Source of the DNA: Macrostomum lignano | Taxonomy: Eukaryota | DNA length: 64,000 nucleotides | NCBI GenBank assembly: GCA_002269645.1 | Contig: NIVC01001605.1 | Location: 1-64,000 of the forward strand | Direction: 5' to 3' | Part shown: one piece after another, positions 10,801-30,264 of the stretch | How the letters are laid out: every line of letters begins with the position of its first letter | How positions within the stretch are numbered: position 1 is the stretch's first letter | Program-made: the position numbers and the translations under genes | Notes under the pieces: model-generated | Database searches by the model: none | What the model was told of the DNA's origin: nothing | The model's input: the letters and a program-made list of their open reading frames with translations, nothing else

Positions 10801-13800
10801 TTTGATGTCGCATATATGATTATTAAATACCCGTGTCTGTGACCCGGCACTGTGCCCCGCACAGGTTGCAGGGGAATAAATGGGAAAGAGATGATTGGGA
10901 AATATTTCCCTCATGTCCACTGTATTGGCTCAAAGGATGTGAGCCGCTGCTTCAGCAGACTCGATCGATTTGAGCAGACTGGGGGATGATGCAGCAGATC
11001 GCCCCCAGCACCTGCTGCTTCTCACCTTACACCTGTACGCCTTTCTCGATACCTTGGTCAAAGACCAAAGTACGTAGAAGATCAGCGGTCTGACTCTACA
11101 ACGACTACACCCTGTATGAGCAGCCTGTATGTACACCTCGTTTCTGGGCCTCACCATGGCTTCATCCTCATCCAGTACAGCCTCCTCAATTCGTGTCCGC
11201 CCGGTGACCAGAGCTGTCCGACTTTCCAGCCGGTCCAGCAGCCGCTGCAGCCGCGCCACCTCCCAGTGCAGGCAGCCGTCCAGGTCCAGGTCTCCGGGAC
11301 CCGAGTCCACGCTGCCGTCCACGATTCTTGGCGACTGCGGCGCCTGCTGCTGCTGCTGAGGACGCGACTTCAGCGGCTCCTGACTTCGAGACGGAGACTG
11401 ATGGTGCTTGTTTACTTGATTTTGATGCTGCTGATGCTGCTGATGATGCTCTGACCCGGCCGGTGGTGGCGGCCTCGGTGGCGGTGGTGGCGGCGACTGC
11501 GGCGTTGGCGGCATCATCACGGAGGAGGCGGCTGGGCCACCGTCTGGCATGGCTGACTGCCCCGCGGCTGATGAGGCGGACTCGCGGGCACGTCGGCACA
11601 GACTCTCATGAGCGTTGCGCAACACCTGGGAGGGTCGGTTAGGGTCATCTCAGCTATGGACTATCAAATCTTGTCAGTCATGGACTATCAAATCATGTCA
11701 GCCATGGACTATCAAGTCATGTCAGTCATGGACTATCAAGTCATGTCAGCCATGGACTATCAAATCATGTCAGCCATGGACTATCAAATCATGTCAGCCA
11801 TGGACTATCAAATCATGTCAGCCATGGACTATCAAATCATGTCAGCCATGGACTATCAAATCATGTCAGCCATGGACTATCAAATCATGTCAGCCATGGA
11901 CTATCAAATCATGTCAGCCATGGACTATCAAATCATGTCAGCTATGGACTATCAAATCATCTCAGCCATGGACTATCAAATCATGTCAGCTATGGACTAT
12001 CAAATCATCTCAGCCATGGACTATCAAATCATCTCAGCCATGGACTATCAAGTCATGTCAGCCATGGACTATCAAGTCATCTCAGCCATGGACTATCAAA
12101 TCATGTCAGCCATGGACTATCAAGTCATGTCAGCCATGGACTATCAAGTCATGTCAGCCATGGACTATCAAGCAATAGACTACCAACCTGCAGCTGAGCC
12201 TCCAGATGGGCGCACATCTCGCGCAGCAGAAACCGGTCAACAAACTGCGCCGCGGGCGGCTTCCTGGCGTGGGTCTCGGCCAGCGACTTGACGGAGGCCG
12301 ACACGGCCCGGCAGAGCGAACCCGCCGATTCGAACACCGGCTCGTGACTGCCCAGTCTCTCCGTGAAGTAGATGCACAGCTCGTGCGTGTCGATGTTGCT
12401 GCGGCGGAAAGTTGAGGCATCCTAATGACCTCAGGGTCGCCTTTATGACCCCAGGGTCTCCTTTATGACCTCAGTGTCGCACTTTATGACCTCAGGGTCG
12501 TCTTTATGACCTCAGGGTCGCCTTTATGACCTCAGGGTCGCCTTTATGACCTCAGGGTCGCCTTTATGACCTCAGGGTTGCCTTTATGACTTCAGGGTCG
12601 CCTTTATGAACTCAGGGTTGCCTTTATGACTTCAGGGTCGTCTTTATGACCTCAAGGTCGTCTTTATGACCTCAAGGTCGTCTTTATGACCTCAGGGGTC
12701 ACTTTTATGATCGCATAGCGTCTTTCGAACCTCAGGATCGCCTTTATGACCTCAGGGTCGCCTTTATGACATCAGGGTCGCCTTCATGACCTCAGGGTCG
12801 CCTTCATGACCTCAGAGTCGTTTTTATGACCTCAGGGTCGCCTTTATGACCTTAGGGTCGCCCTTATGACCTCAGGATCGCCTTTATGACCTTAGGGTCG
12901 CCCTTATAACTTCAGTGTCGCTTTTATGACCTTCAGGGTCGCCTTAATGACTTCGGGGTCACTCTAAAGACCTCATCGTTGCTTATAAGGCTTCAGGATT
13001 TCCCTGATTACAAGTTTTCTTCCGTGACCTCGGGGTCGCTTCATTGTTGTCAGGTTTACCATAATTGCCTTCAATGTCGCTTCAGAGACCTCAGGGTTGC
13101 TTCAGCGGTGTAACGCTTCACCCCAGGATCCTGAACTCTTACTCCCTCAGTTAAAAACCATAAGTTGCAGCTCAGTCGCTTCCGAATTCAGCAGAAAATA
13201 GTCAGTTAAATCTTAATTTTTGTTGAAGATGCCAAATAAAAGACAGGAACTGGGAACCAGTGCTCAACCAAGAGGGAAGGAGAACAGCCTACCCGGTGCA
13301 GATTAGGATTACGGGGAATCAACCGAACCCATTCTCTCCCCTAATTGGGAGCTGTCACACTTGATCCGGTGGGCCGCATGGGGAAGAGGCTGATGATAGG
13401 AGAACGTGCTACTGATGATGATCCCAGATGCTGAGCTCTGGCTCTTGTATCTCTCCCTCCTTGATCTGCACTTTCTCCTGCAGTCATATCGTTAGAGTCT
13501 ACTACTATTATTATTATTAGTAAATGCATTTGCTTGGGAGCTTTGGGTGAGAGTTGGGTAATGAAGGAATTATAAAAAATCCAGTTAGTTTGGGAGGTTC
13601 GCGCTTGACTGAGCAGTGACTGGGGATGGTTTCTCTAGCGACTGAAATATTTATGTGTGATTTTTTTACTGTTATTAATTGCTCCGTTAGCCGGGTGACT
13701 TTAGGTTTATAATTTGTGTCTTGACGAAGGCTCTGAATTCAGAAATGGATTGGGGCGCTACAGTTCTTCTGATAGGGGCGCCGCAGCTATGGATGGGTGG

Positions 13801-14984
13801 GGGCGCCACAGTGATGGATGGGGCGCCACAGTGATGGATGGGGCGCCACAGTTATGGATGGGGCGCCACAGTTATGGATGGGGCGCCACAGTGATGGATG
13901 GGGCGCCACAGTTATGGATGGGGCGCCACAGTGATGGATGGGGCGCCACAGTTTTGGATGGATGGGGGCACCACAGTTTTGGATGGATGGGGGCACCACA
14001 GTTATGATGGATGGGGCGCCACAGTGATGGATGGATAGGGGCGCCACAGTGATGGATGGATAGGGGCGCCACAGTTATGGATGGGGGCGCCACAGTTATG
14101 GATGGGGGCGCCACAGTGATGGATGGGGCGCCACAGTGATGGATGGATAGGGGCGCCACAGTTATGGATGGGGGCGCCACAGTTATGGATGGGGGCGCCA
14201 CAGTGATGGATGGGGCGCCACAGTGATGAATGGATAGGGGCGCCACAGCTATGGATGGGGCGCCACAGTGATGGATGGATAGGGGCGCCACAGTTATGGA
14301 TGGGGGCGCCACAGTTATGGATGGGGGCGCCACAGTTATGGATGGGGGCGCCACAGTGATGGATGGGGCGCCACAGTGATGGATGGATGGGGCGCCACAG
14401 TTATGGATGGGGGCGCCACAGTTATGGATGGATAGGGGCGCCACAGCTATGGATGGGAGCGCCACAGTGATGGATGGATAGGGGCGCCACAGTGATGGAT
14501 GGATAGGGGCGCCACAGTTACGAGCGTATGGATGGGGGCGCCACAGTGATGGATGGATGGGGGCACCACAGTTATGGATGGATAGTGGCGCCACGTATGG
14601 ATGGATGGGGCGCCACAGATGAGGGCGCCAATTTACAGATGGGGGCCTATGACACATATGGACACAGACTGTTTAGATTTAGATAGCTATTTTCCGGAAT
14701 TAAGAAGGCAGCTGCGAAGCAAAAACCCGGAGCGTTGGACTCTGGATCGATATCGTAAAAATGCAATTAAATGGATGAAATGGGTGGCAGAGAATTCAAT
14801 AATCATCATTTTTATTTTATCGCACTGAAGCAGCCGCCCGAGAAGCAGACTCTGGCAAAATTGCACTTTTTGTGGTTTCAGGCGATCAGTTTCCTAGGCT
14901 TCGATTTCAAGAGAAGTTTTGTGTCAAATCCCCCGCGGGGAATTAATTCTCTCTCACTCTCTCTCTCTATCTCTCTCTCTCTCA

Positions 14985-15027
<43 letters not shown>

Positions 15028-15634
15028 TCAAGTGGTCAGAAATTCTGGGGCTTAAATTGATCGTGGAATGCGAGCCTCTTCTACAGAAATGCCGGTTTCA
15101 AGCTTTAGAAGAATCCTAAATAGGTTTTTAATGTTTTATAAGCAATTTATATAGTCTGAGGCTCTTAGATCGACATAATCTTTCGAATTTAGATCGCATT
15201 TCTCGCCTTTTACTGTGCCTAGCTATAATTTTTTTCGAGAAGGTGGCATTTAGCCTCCAACTTAAAATAAATACACCATATATGTACATGTAACACGTAG
15301 CCATAAGGCTATACTTAGTTTTTACTCACTTTGTGTTATGAGAATCGATTTCATTGAACAGGTTGCGCATTCCATCGTCGGTTACGATCCCATCAGAAAA
15401 GTATGACACAAACTCAGTCCAGGAAATTGCTCCATCGTCTGCAATTCAAAATCGCGCGTCGGTGCTTAAACTCAGACTTAAAACCTGCCTAAAACATAAA
15501 ACTCGATGCTTAAACTTATAATCACAACTGAGCGAAATGTTGAATTTACCGTTTTTATCTGCCCGGCGAAAAATATCTTTGAAGATACACAAATCGACTT
15601 CTGATTTTGTTTGACAATCTTTATCGGCAGACAT
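4878..15634 (-). CDS. NECAB: NECAB-family neuronal EF-hand calcium-binding protein with C-terminal ABM domain; exons 15634-15550, 15438-15330, 12398-12188, 11625-11155, 9621-9512, 7097-6928, 4906-4878
   Basis: All six introns have GT-AG ends with matching phases. The spliced product reads [106 protein letters not shown], matching NECAB1-3 motifs ([32 protein letters not shown], PASWW). Confidence 0.93.
5030..6760. repeat. 22-nt minisatellite GAATCTTTTATGAGAATC(TT/CG/CA)GG in the last NECAB intron
   Basis: Dozens of tandem copies, degenerating toward 6760. Confidence 0.95.
6845..6905 (-). mobile_element. tRNA-derived SINE head fragment
   Basis: The minus strand reads CTCTTGTGTTCCAGAGGTCCTGGGTTCGATTCCCAGTG: a B-box (GGTTCGATTCC) without a full cloverleaf. 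It resembles the SINE head at 34920-34988. Confidence 0.45.
7190..7630. repeat. ~20-nt minisatellite GGTTGCTAGGGATATTTAT, related to the PMVK intron repeat
   Basis: Shares the GGTTGCTAGGG core with 1700-3340. Confidence 0.88.
8330..9030. repeat. 32-nt minisatellite CTCCACTGCAAACTCAAGCTATCTACCTCACA
   Basis: About 20 near-identical tandem copies; the 32-nt period was counted directly. Confidence 0.95.
10097..10304. repeat. (GACT)52 perfect microsatellite
   Basis: Uninterrupted 208-nt tetranucleotide run. Confidence 0.98.
11640..12175. repeat. 24-nt minisatellite GCCATGGACTATCAAATCATGTCA filling NECAB intron 3
   Basis: Occupies nearly all of intron 11626-12187 and produces the spurious (SAMDYQIM)n and (QPWTIKSC)n ORFs. 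Confidence 0.95.
12423..13110. repeat. 20-nt minisatellite CTTTATGACCTCAGGGTCGC
   Basis: Tandem copies start ~25 nt from the exon boundary at 12398. Confidence 0.92.
13778..14615. repeat. ~21-25-nt G-rich minisatellite ATGGATGGGGCGCCACAGT(T/G)
   Basis: Direct tandem copies; produces spurious ORFs on both strands. Confidence 0.93.
14950..15027. repeat. (TC)n microsatellite
   Basis: Dinucleotide run with a few interruptions. Confidence 0.9.
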
Positions 15635-16837
15635 AATATGGTCGACCGAAAGTAGCTTACGAAAGAAAGAAAACTTCTCTTTTATAATTCGACGCGCAAT
15701 TTTGGTGCCTTCCGACAGTCATTTATAGAAACGGCTCACGGTTCGATCCTTACCTTGACAATTGCCTCGTCTGCAATTTGAAAATTGTTACTATACTTAG
15801 TTATCGCTGCGCTTAAACAAAGAAACTACAACCTTTACACTAAAGTTGTGACGCTACCCTGGTACCAAGTGTAAAATAGTAAACCTTACTATTTTTCTAT
15901 ACGTTTAATAATTAATAAGATAAATACACTTCTAAGAACCTAAGGGCATGATTAAAGTTTTAATTTTCTGTTTTATTTCGTAATAAACTTGTTCTATATT
16001 AATATTTATTATAGAATAATTAATCGAATCTTGCTATACACTATACTGAATGCTTAAGATTTCAAATTAGTCCACATAACCTAAAAAGCGTGAGAGTAAG
16101 AGTAAGAGTGTGAGAGTCGTGAGACCAAGATTAAGTATTTAGTAGGATATATTTTTTATTTTAGTGTTGCATACACTGTAATATGTCAATCTAGAAAATT
16201 AAAAAATATGCTTAGATTTATATCATTTTTTTCTTTTTTACCTGCTGCATATTTTGTAAAGTTTTGCTAATTGACTGATTTAAATTTATATTCTAATTAA
16301 GCCTAGCTTATTTGAGTTTTTAACTTAGTCTTGAGTTAAGTTGTTTGACTTTTTCTAAATCTTTTATTTTTATAAATAAATGTTTTATTATAAATTATTT
16401 TTAAAAGACAAAAAACCTTTTTAAACTCAATATTATATTGTGTATCATGAGTAATATGAATATCATAGATATAAATATAAAAGAGCTTGCAATTGTAGTT
16501 AAATAAGCTATTATATAGCATAATGTCCCTTAATATTAATAACCTTTTGGTAATGCTCATATGGATTCTTTACCTTAGCCTATAAATATTTTTTCCAGCT
16601 TTTGGAACTAGCATAATTTGGAACTAGCCTATTTGACCTCTAATGTTTTGGACAAAAGTTGATAAAATATTGATTATTGACTTTGATGTTTGGTAAAGTT
16701 ATATTAATAAAGAATTGTTTGTTTGATATAAAATCTATTAACATGGTTTTCTTAACCAAGATAGACTTGTTATTCATAGTTGACCTAGAGCATACATGCC
16801 CAAGAAATGTCCAACCCATCCAAACTAGATAGTTAAA

Positions 16838-23609
<6,772 letters not shown>

Positions 23610-23881
23610 TTACCAGCTTCTTACCTGCCAGACCATTCGGTGTGGCTTCAGATCCTACTATGACTCATCGATTTGTTATTTTACCGACTGACTTACCCAG
23701 GTATTTATGTTTAGAAATCCGTGTTTGTCTTTCTGCACCTTGCCCAATGCCCCTATCGCGCACCTGTGGCCCCAGCAACTGCGCCTGATTTTTTTATTTG
23801 TCTTAGGCTTGCACTTATATACATGTAATTCATTTTAATGCCGCTCTAGCCTCTCAGCTGTGCCTGCTTGGACAGTCTCAT

Positions 23882-24174
<293 letters not shown>

Positions 24175-24934
24175 CGGCCGTCGCTGATGCTGACAAGAGG
24201 ACAGCTGGCACATTAGTTTTACAATTGCTTTCCTTAATAGCTAAATTTGAGAACATCTCAACGTTTATATTTAGCCTAAAATACGTCGTACGGTATGACC
24301 AGCAGTGATTTTATTAGTGTTACTAAAAAAGATTCTGCCTTTGTCTCCGCTTAACAATGCAAAGCTCCTGCAAGTATTTATTCTATATTGCGTCCTGAAT
24401 GCAAGTTTTTTATGTCTTCAAGCATATTTCTAAGAATCATGAGTTTACTTTTGTACTCTAGCATACAGCTCCCAGCTCATACCCAAGTGTCTGCACGAAG
24501 CACACGATGTACTTGAAAAATACACTTAAATTTCTCTAAAGCAGATTTTGTGATCATTTATAGATTTTTATAGTACGACCGCAAAACGAATTGGCTAGTT
24601 GGCTAAGATGCTTTCTAAGAAATTCTTGATCTTTAAAAATAGCTCAAAAATCGCCAAGCCTGCCTGAGGCGGGCCCTGATAAATTATTAATTAGCAAAAA
24701 ATACTATAAGATAACTCTAGGAACGTAGAAATAAAACTAATTAATCATTCCTCTTGAGTTTTTTGTATCAAAATTTTCTCAATTCCATTGTTAAAGCCTG
24801 TCAGCAGGAGCTCAGCAGTAGTCGTTGTCCAGGGACTACTAGGCAAAGCGCCAATGGACTGGAAACCCAGCTTGGCGCAACCTGACGCAAAATCGTCCTT
24901 GGAACCAGCGCTGACGCTGGTTCCAGCGCTTCTA

Positions 24935-25216
24935 GGGGTGGAATCTCACCCCTAGAAGCTAGGAAATCTCACTTCTAGAAGGTAGGAAATCTCACCCCTA
25001 GAAGCTGGGAAATCTCACCCCTAGAAGCTAGGAAATCTCACCCCTAGAAGCTAGGAAATCTCACCCCTAGAAGCTAGGAAATCTCACCCCTAAAAGCTAG
25101 GAAATCTCACCCCTAGAAGCTAGGAAATCTCACCCCTAGAAGCTAGGAAATCTCACTAGGAAATTTCCTAGCTAGGAAAGCTAGGAAAAGTCTGTCTGTC
25201 TGTCTGTCTGTCTATG

Positions 25217-25271
<55 letters not shown>

Positions 25272-25370
25272 GTCTGTCTGTCTGTCTGTCTTCTGTCTGT
25301 CTGTCTGTCTGTCTGTCTGTGTCTGTCTGTCTGTCTGTCTTCTGTCTGTGTGTCTGTCCTTCTGTCTGTT
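24935..25370. repeat. ~22-nt repeat GAAATCTCACCCCTAGAAGCTAG (24935-25190) followed by (TCTG)n (25191-25370)
   Basis: Direct tandem copies. Confidence 0.9.
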
Positions 25371-25991
25371 TTGTAGGCGCCTCATCTTTTTTGTGGTACT
25401 CAAGCTTCCAGTCCACTTGATATCTTCAGCTTTTCCTAGATATCCCTGACTCTCTCTGTCCAACCTTGTTCCCCTAATGCTGCTAAATGTTCCCTGCGAT
25501 CCCAAAACTTGGCTTTTCATGGCGACTAGATTCCCTGATCCCCATCCAACTAACTCTCTGCTCACTGCGAAATACCGGCCGTCATCAATTCTCTCTCCCA
25601 ACCCCCCCCCCCCAGCAGCTGCGGGTTTGAGTCCAAGGATTTTTATTGAACCCAGACTCTGGACTGTTTTTCTGGTTTCGACAGGAATTTTACAACTATT
25701 AAATTTGAATACATACAAAATTACTTGCATTTAACGAGTAAAATTGGTAATTTAAAATAAGCTGTTCCACCATATCATTTCGTGATGAAGACTATAGAGG
25801 AAAAAATCGTAAATTTCGTATTTTAAGACTGCATGTAGCTGTCATGGTATCACATGCATCTGTGACATACAGAACATGCAGCTTATTCAAATCTATAAAA
25901 ATTAATGAGGAGAAACTGCTCTGCGACTCCAGATACTTCTTTTAGATCGCCAGACAGCAACCTGCCACCCCCGCAATAGTTGTTAGTGGCC

Positions 25992-26077
25992 GTTTCCATT
26001 GGCAACTGGTGGCCCAGTGATTTGCCTCACCCCGTGCCGCCAACCCCATGCACAGAAGCGGGAGCCGCCGCTATAAA
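25992..26077 (+). promoter_or_regulatory. Promoter of paralog 1: X-box-like GTTTCCATTGGCAAC (25992-26006) and TATAAA (26072-26077)
   Basis: Both motifs are conserved upstream of all three paralogs; the TATA box lies ~89 nt before the ATG. Confidence 0.6.
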
Positions 26078-26160
26078 CCTGCAGTAAAGACAGGCAACTC
26101 ATCACAGCTCTTGACTGCTCACACAAGCTCAATTCCGGAAGCCAAAATCAAAGTTGCACC

Positions 26161-28004
26161 ATGACTGCAGCTAGCAGTGCAGCTCTGCTGGCTCTGCTGT
26201 CCGCCCTCTGCTGCCAGTCTGTCCGCTGCGCCACCTTCACGGTGCCGACTGTCAACCTCTGCGCTGTCGAACTGCCCCTTCCAGGTGCAACCAATGCCAC
26301 GTTCAAGGAGGTCTCCGGGGTCACGGATTATCGGATCTGCGCCGTGGAATGCGCAGCCAGAGGGCGGCTGAGTTGCTCCGTGTTCCAGATGCTGCATCCG
26401 GGAGACAAGGTCGGCTCGGTGACGCTGAGCAGCGGAAAGTGCGTGCTCGGCTCCTCGTGCGACCTCGCCGACAAGTGGAAGTCGGGCTCGGGCTGTCTGA
26501 CACAGCTGCTGGATAACCGGCCTGAATGCAGTGCGACCACAGCTGCAACAACTGCGACAACAACAACCGCAACTCCGACAACAACAACGACAACTCCAAC
26601 AACAACAACCACAACTCCGACAACAACAACGACAACTCCAACAACCACAACTCCAATAACAACAACGACAACTCCAACAACAACAACAACAACTCCAACA
26701 ACAACAACAACTCCAACAACAACAACAACTCCAACAACAACGACAACAACTCCAACAACAACAACGACAACTCCGACAACAACGACAACAAATCCGACAA
26801 CAACGACCACAACTGCGATTACAGCGATCACAACTTCGACAACAACAACCACAACTCCAACAACAACAACGACCCCAACTCCGACAACGACCCCAACTCC
26901 GACAACGACCACAACTCCAACAACAACGACCACAACTCCAACAACAACGACCACAACTCCAACAACAACAACCACAACTCCGACAACAACAACAACGACA
27001 ACTCCGACAACAACAACGACTGCTGCCCCACGTGTGTTGACCGGTGAGTTATTATTAGCTCAAGACTCAATTGAGTTTAAAACACAGAAATATTTTCCCT
27101 ACATGCAAGTGTTGAGATACAAGGTAGTCGAAATCTCATCGTTGTTTGATCTATTTTAAAAAGCAACCAGCTCGCTGAATCCAATGCAGCCCCGGTCGCT
27201 GCGACCACCCAGACGGGCAGCGTCGTGACCCATCCGATCGACGCCACCGGCTGCTACAAGATCAGCGCTTGGGGCGCTCGAGGCGGCAGAGCCGGCGGCT
27301 CCACGGTCGGCGGCAAGGGCGCCCTCGCATCCGGCTACTTCAGACTGGACGCCGGAGTCACGTTGGCGATTATCGTTGGCAAGGCCGGCAGCGACAAACT
27401 TGGCGGTGGAAATGACGCCGCTGGCGGCGGCGGTGGCACCTTCGTCCATGTCGACGGTATCGACACGTCGTCAGCGCTGCCGCTGGTTGCGGCCGGCGGC
27501 GGCGGCGGCAGCGGCTCCGGTGACGGCTGCGACGGAATCGACGGAAGCAGCGACCAGCCCGGGACCAGCGGCGGTGGCGACGGAGCGGGCGCTGGCGGCA
27601 CAGACGGCAACGGCGGCCAAGCGAGGACATCGGGCAAAGGAAACGGCGGCGCCGGTGCTGGTTGGTGGTCGGCAGGCGACGACGGCTCCGGCAATAAGAA
27701 GGGCCACGGCGGTGAGAGCTTCGGCAGCAGCTGGAGCGGCGGCGACGGCGACGACGCGTTTGGCGGCTACGGCGGCGGCGGCGGAGGCGGCGGCGGCGGC
27801 AGCAGCTCCGGCGGGGGCGGAGGCGGCGGCTTCTCGGGCGGCGGCGGCGGCTCGGGCAATTGCGGGGGTGGCGGCGGCGGCGGCAGCTTCGTAGCGACCG
27901 AGGCGACGAGCGTCGTGAGGACGAGCGGAGCGAACTCGGAGCCGAACGGTCGAGCGGAGGTGCAACTGGTTGGGCCGTCCACCGCACTGCCGTGTCTGCT
28001 CTGA
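26161..28004 (+). CDS. Secreted protein, paralog 1: signal peptide + PAN/apple-like Cys domain + Thr/Pro mucin stalk + ALK/LTK-type glycine-rich domain; exons 26161-27043, 27190-28004
   Basis: Hydrophobic N-terminus MTAASSAALLALLSALCCQSVRC; CAVEC..CSVF..KCVL Cys pattern; (PTTTTTT)n stalk. Phase-1 intron ACCG|GTGAGT..AATGCAG|CC. Exon 2 has YKISAWGARGG, GGKGALASGYFRLDAG..LAIIVGKAG, PLVAAGGGGG, GGYGGGGG, GGGGFSGGGGG, GGGGSF and GRAEVQL, as in the Gly_rich (PF12810-like) region of ALK/LTK. No transmembrane segment. Confidence 0.85.
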
Positions 28005-28295
28005 CGGGTCGAATTGACTCCAGAAAAAGAAGCTGGATGTTCGAGTTTTACAACATCACCATCTTCTCCTTAGTATCCTTATTACTAAGCTGAACTTTTG
28101 AATATAAGCAAATAACCTCGCACCACTTACCGTTGACAATTTTTACTGTTTTATGATAAAAACTAACGATTAAAGTTGGCATCAAATTTGTACTATCTGT
28201 TTGACTAAGAACTAAAATAAATAAATATACCATGCCGTGAACTATATCTTCGAGAATATTTTACCTTTCGGTCGCATAGATGTGTCTCTTGATTA

Positions 28296-29281
28296 CGAGG
28301 GGTGTCCAAAAAGTAGTGATACTTTCAACCGTAGCTCTCGTTCTATAGCTTCCTGTGATTTAAAATTTTATGAACTGATAGCGGCAAATCTCTTCTACAG
28401 ACTGCTTTTTGAATTTTTAAAATTGATACCAGAGAACAAAGTTATACCCACAAAAGTAACAGTACCTGTATCATTGAGTTACACAAACTATATCAAAATT
28501 TATGATAGTCGACTTCTGCACTTATTCATTAAGAAGGCATCGATAAATGTCTTGTTTAAGCAATACCAAAGCCCAATTGCAAAATTATGCTCACTGTGAC
28601 TGACTGAAATTTGTCTATGGACAGAATCATGCGCAGAAAAATAAAGCATTAAATTCATTACTTTACTTGCAAACAGAGGAGCTTGCATTTTGCAATTGAT
28701 TTCATTGCCCATACTCGACAACACACATGCATGTGCACTCAGTTGTTGCTCAGCAAAGTACCATCTTCACTCTTTGGGGTGCTGGCCATAGTGCCTCAGA
28801 AATTCACGCAAAACTTTGCTCTGCGCACGGATCCTCTGCGGTCAGCAAAATGACAGTTTATCGATGGATGGAGCAGTTCAGCGAGGGAAGGACTGACTTG
28901 GCAGAACAGCATCGGACGGGACGGCCATACATTCATCAACCTGATGTACTGGCGGACTCCATTCTGAATCTTCTTGACGAGAGGACTCCCGATTGACCAT
29001 TAGAGAGATTGCTGACAGGTTGGACAAGCCGAAATCAACAATTCATCGAAGCTTACTCAGCATGGATCTCGTGAAGCTCAGCCTATAATTTGTGTAACTC
29101 TATGGTACAGGTACTGTTACTTTTGTGGGTATAACTTTTGTTCTCTGGTATCAATTTTAAAAATTCAAAAAGCAGTCTGTAGAAGAGATTTGCCACTATC
29201 AGTTCATAAAATTTTAAATCACAGGAAGCTATAGAACGAGAGCTACGGTTGAAAGTATCACTACTTTTTGGACACCCTAAG
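28296..29281 (+). mobile_element. Internally deleted Tc1/mariner element with ~197-bp inverted ends and TA TSD
   Basis: TA|CGAGGGGTGTCCAAAAAGT start; 29084-29281 is the reverse complement of 28296-28492; TA at 28294-5 and 29282-3. The internal ORF SASEIHAKLCSAHGSSAVSKMTVYRWMEQFSEGRTDLAEQHRTGRP and downstream LTIREIADRL are mariner HTH domains. No DD34D domain. Confidence 0.88.
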
Positions 29282-30264
29282 TAGTCCAAAGTCCTAAGTA
29301 GTTTAAGGATTCCTAGCTAGGAGGAGGGCTATTTGATGATTTCAAATGCCTTTTTCGTGTTTCATTGATAAAATAATTTCTTATAATCGATAGTTTGTTT
29401 CACATTTACGCAAGCTTGGCACGTTGGGTTTTGGTTATCGACAATGAGTTATAAACAATTTTTGTACGCTTAGATTATGTTTACAATATAGATACGGACC
29501 TCAGAGCTTCGATAGTTTTCAGGTTTCTTGTACCACTTTCAACAAGCAGCATAGCTGATTTATCGCAGTTTCCAAGGTGATTGTTAATTCAAGCGGCTGT
29601 ATATTCTTGGTCAATTTCGTCTACCTGATCGGCATTAATATTCACTACTAACTCGCTCGCTCTGTACGTATATCCACGTTGCGTTGCCCATGAGCTTCGA
29701 ATGCTATATATGAGCATTAACTATTTCCCTCCACTGCAGAGCCGTTCTCTCGACCGCCGGGCTGATTGCTTATTCGTATTCTTCGTCATTAGCTCCCTCT
29801 CCTCAGTGTTTAGCTACTTCATTTACAAGAGATGGTTGCGTGAAATCTAAGCGTTCCTCGTTGCTGTGCTATTTGCTACTAATAGAAGCCAAATTCGTTT
29901 TTAGTAAATATTTGTTTAACTGTTCTGACAGTTAACAATAATATTCATTTTTGAGTTGAGTTCATTTTTGAACTGTAAAATAATATTTTACTATTAGGTT
30001 TGTTATGATGCTGCTAGTTTGTTTTAATTATACATATCTCAAAATTAATATATTGACTAGGTCTTTTGGATAGTATAAATAGATGCGAAGTGGCTAGTGA
30101 GCCAACCAACTTGTTGCACTGAGTATTGTTACCTTGTATCTTGTTTTCAACTTGTTTCAGTTAATCTTTTCAACTGTTTTCAAATAACCCTGAGACTTGG
30201 AAATCTTTTCGAAGAAGGAAATAGAATTAAGGAAGTCATACACTGTATATTCTAATGCCGGCAT

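Noticed and set aside
11608-12291. (SAMDYQIM)n and other periodic ORFs over minisatellites (also 13714-14657, 17826 tail, 18724, 41086-41823)
   Set aside because: They lie within introns defined by phase-consistent splice sites or in plain arrays; the periodicity equals the DNA unit length.
13388-13436. C/D-box snoRNA-like arrangement (CTGATGA..CTGA..TGATGA..CTGA)
   Set aside because: Only ~48 nt, antisense to the host intron, imperfect C box and no recognisable rRNA guide. The nearby (TAT)n tail suggests a retroelement 3' end instead.
26321-27987. Poly-Val/Leu and Pro/Arg-rich minus-strand ORFs opposite the secreted genes (also at 35749-37751 and 44128-45783)
   Set aside because: These are shadow frames of the Thr-rich and Gly-rich coding sequence.
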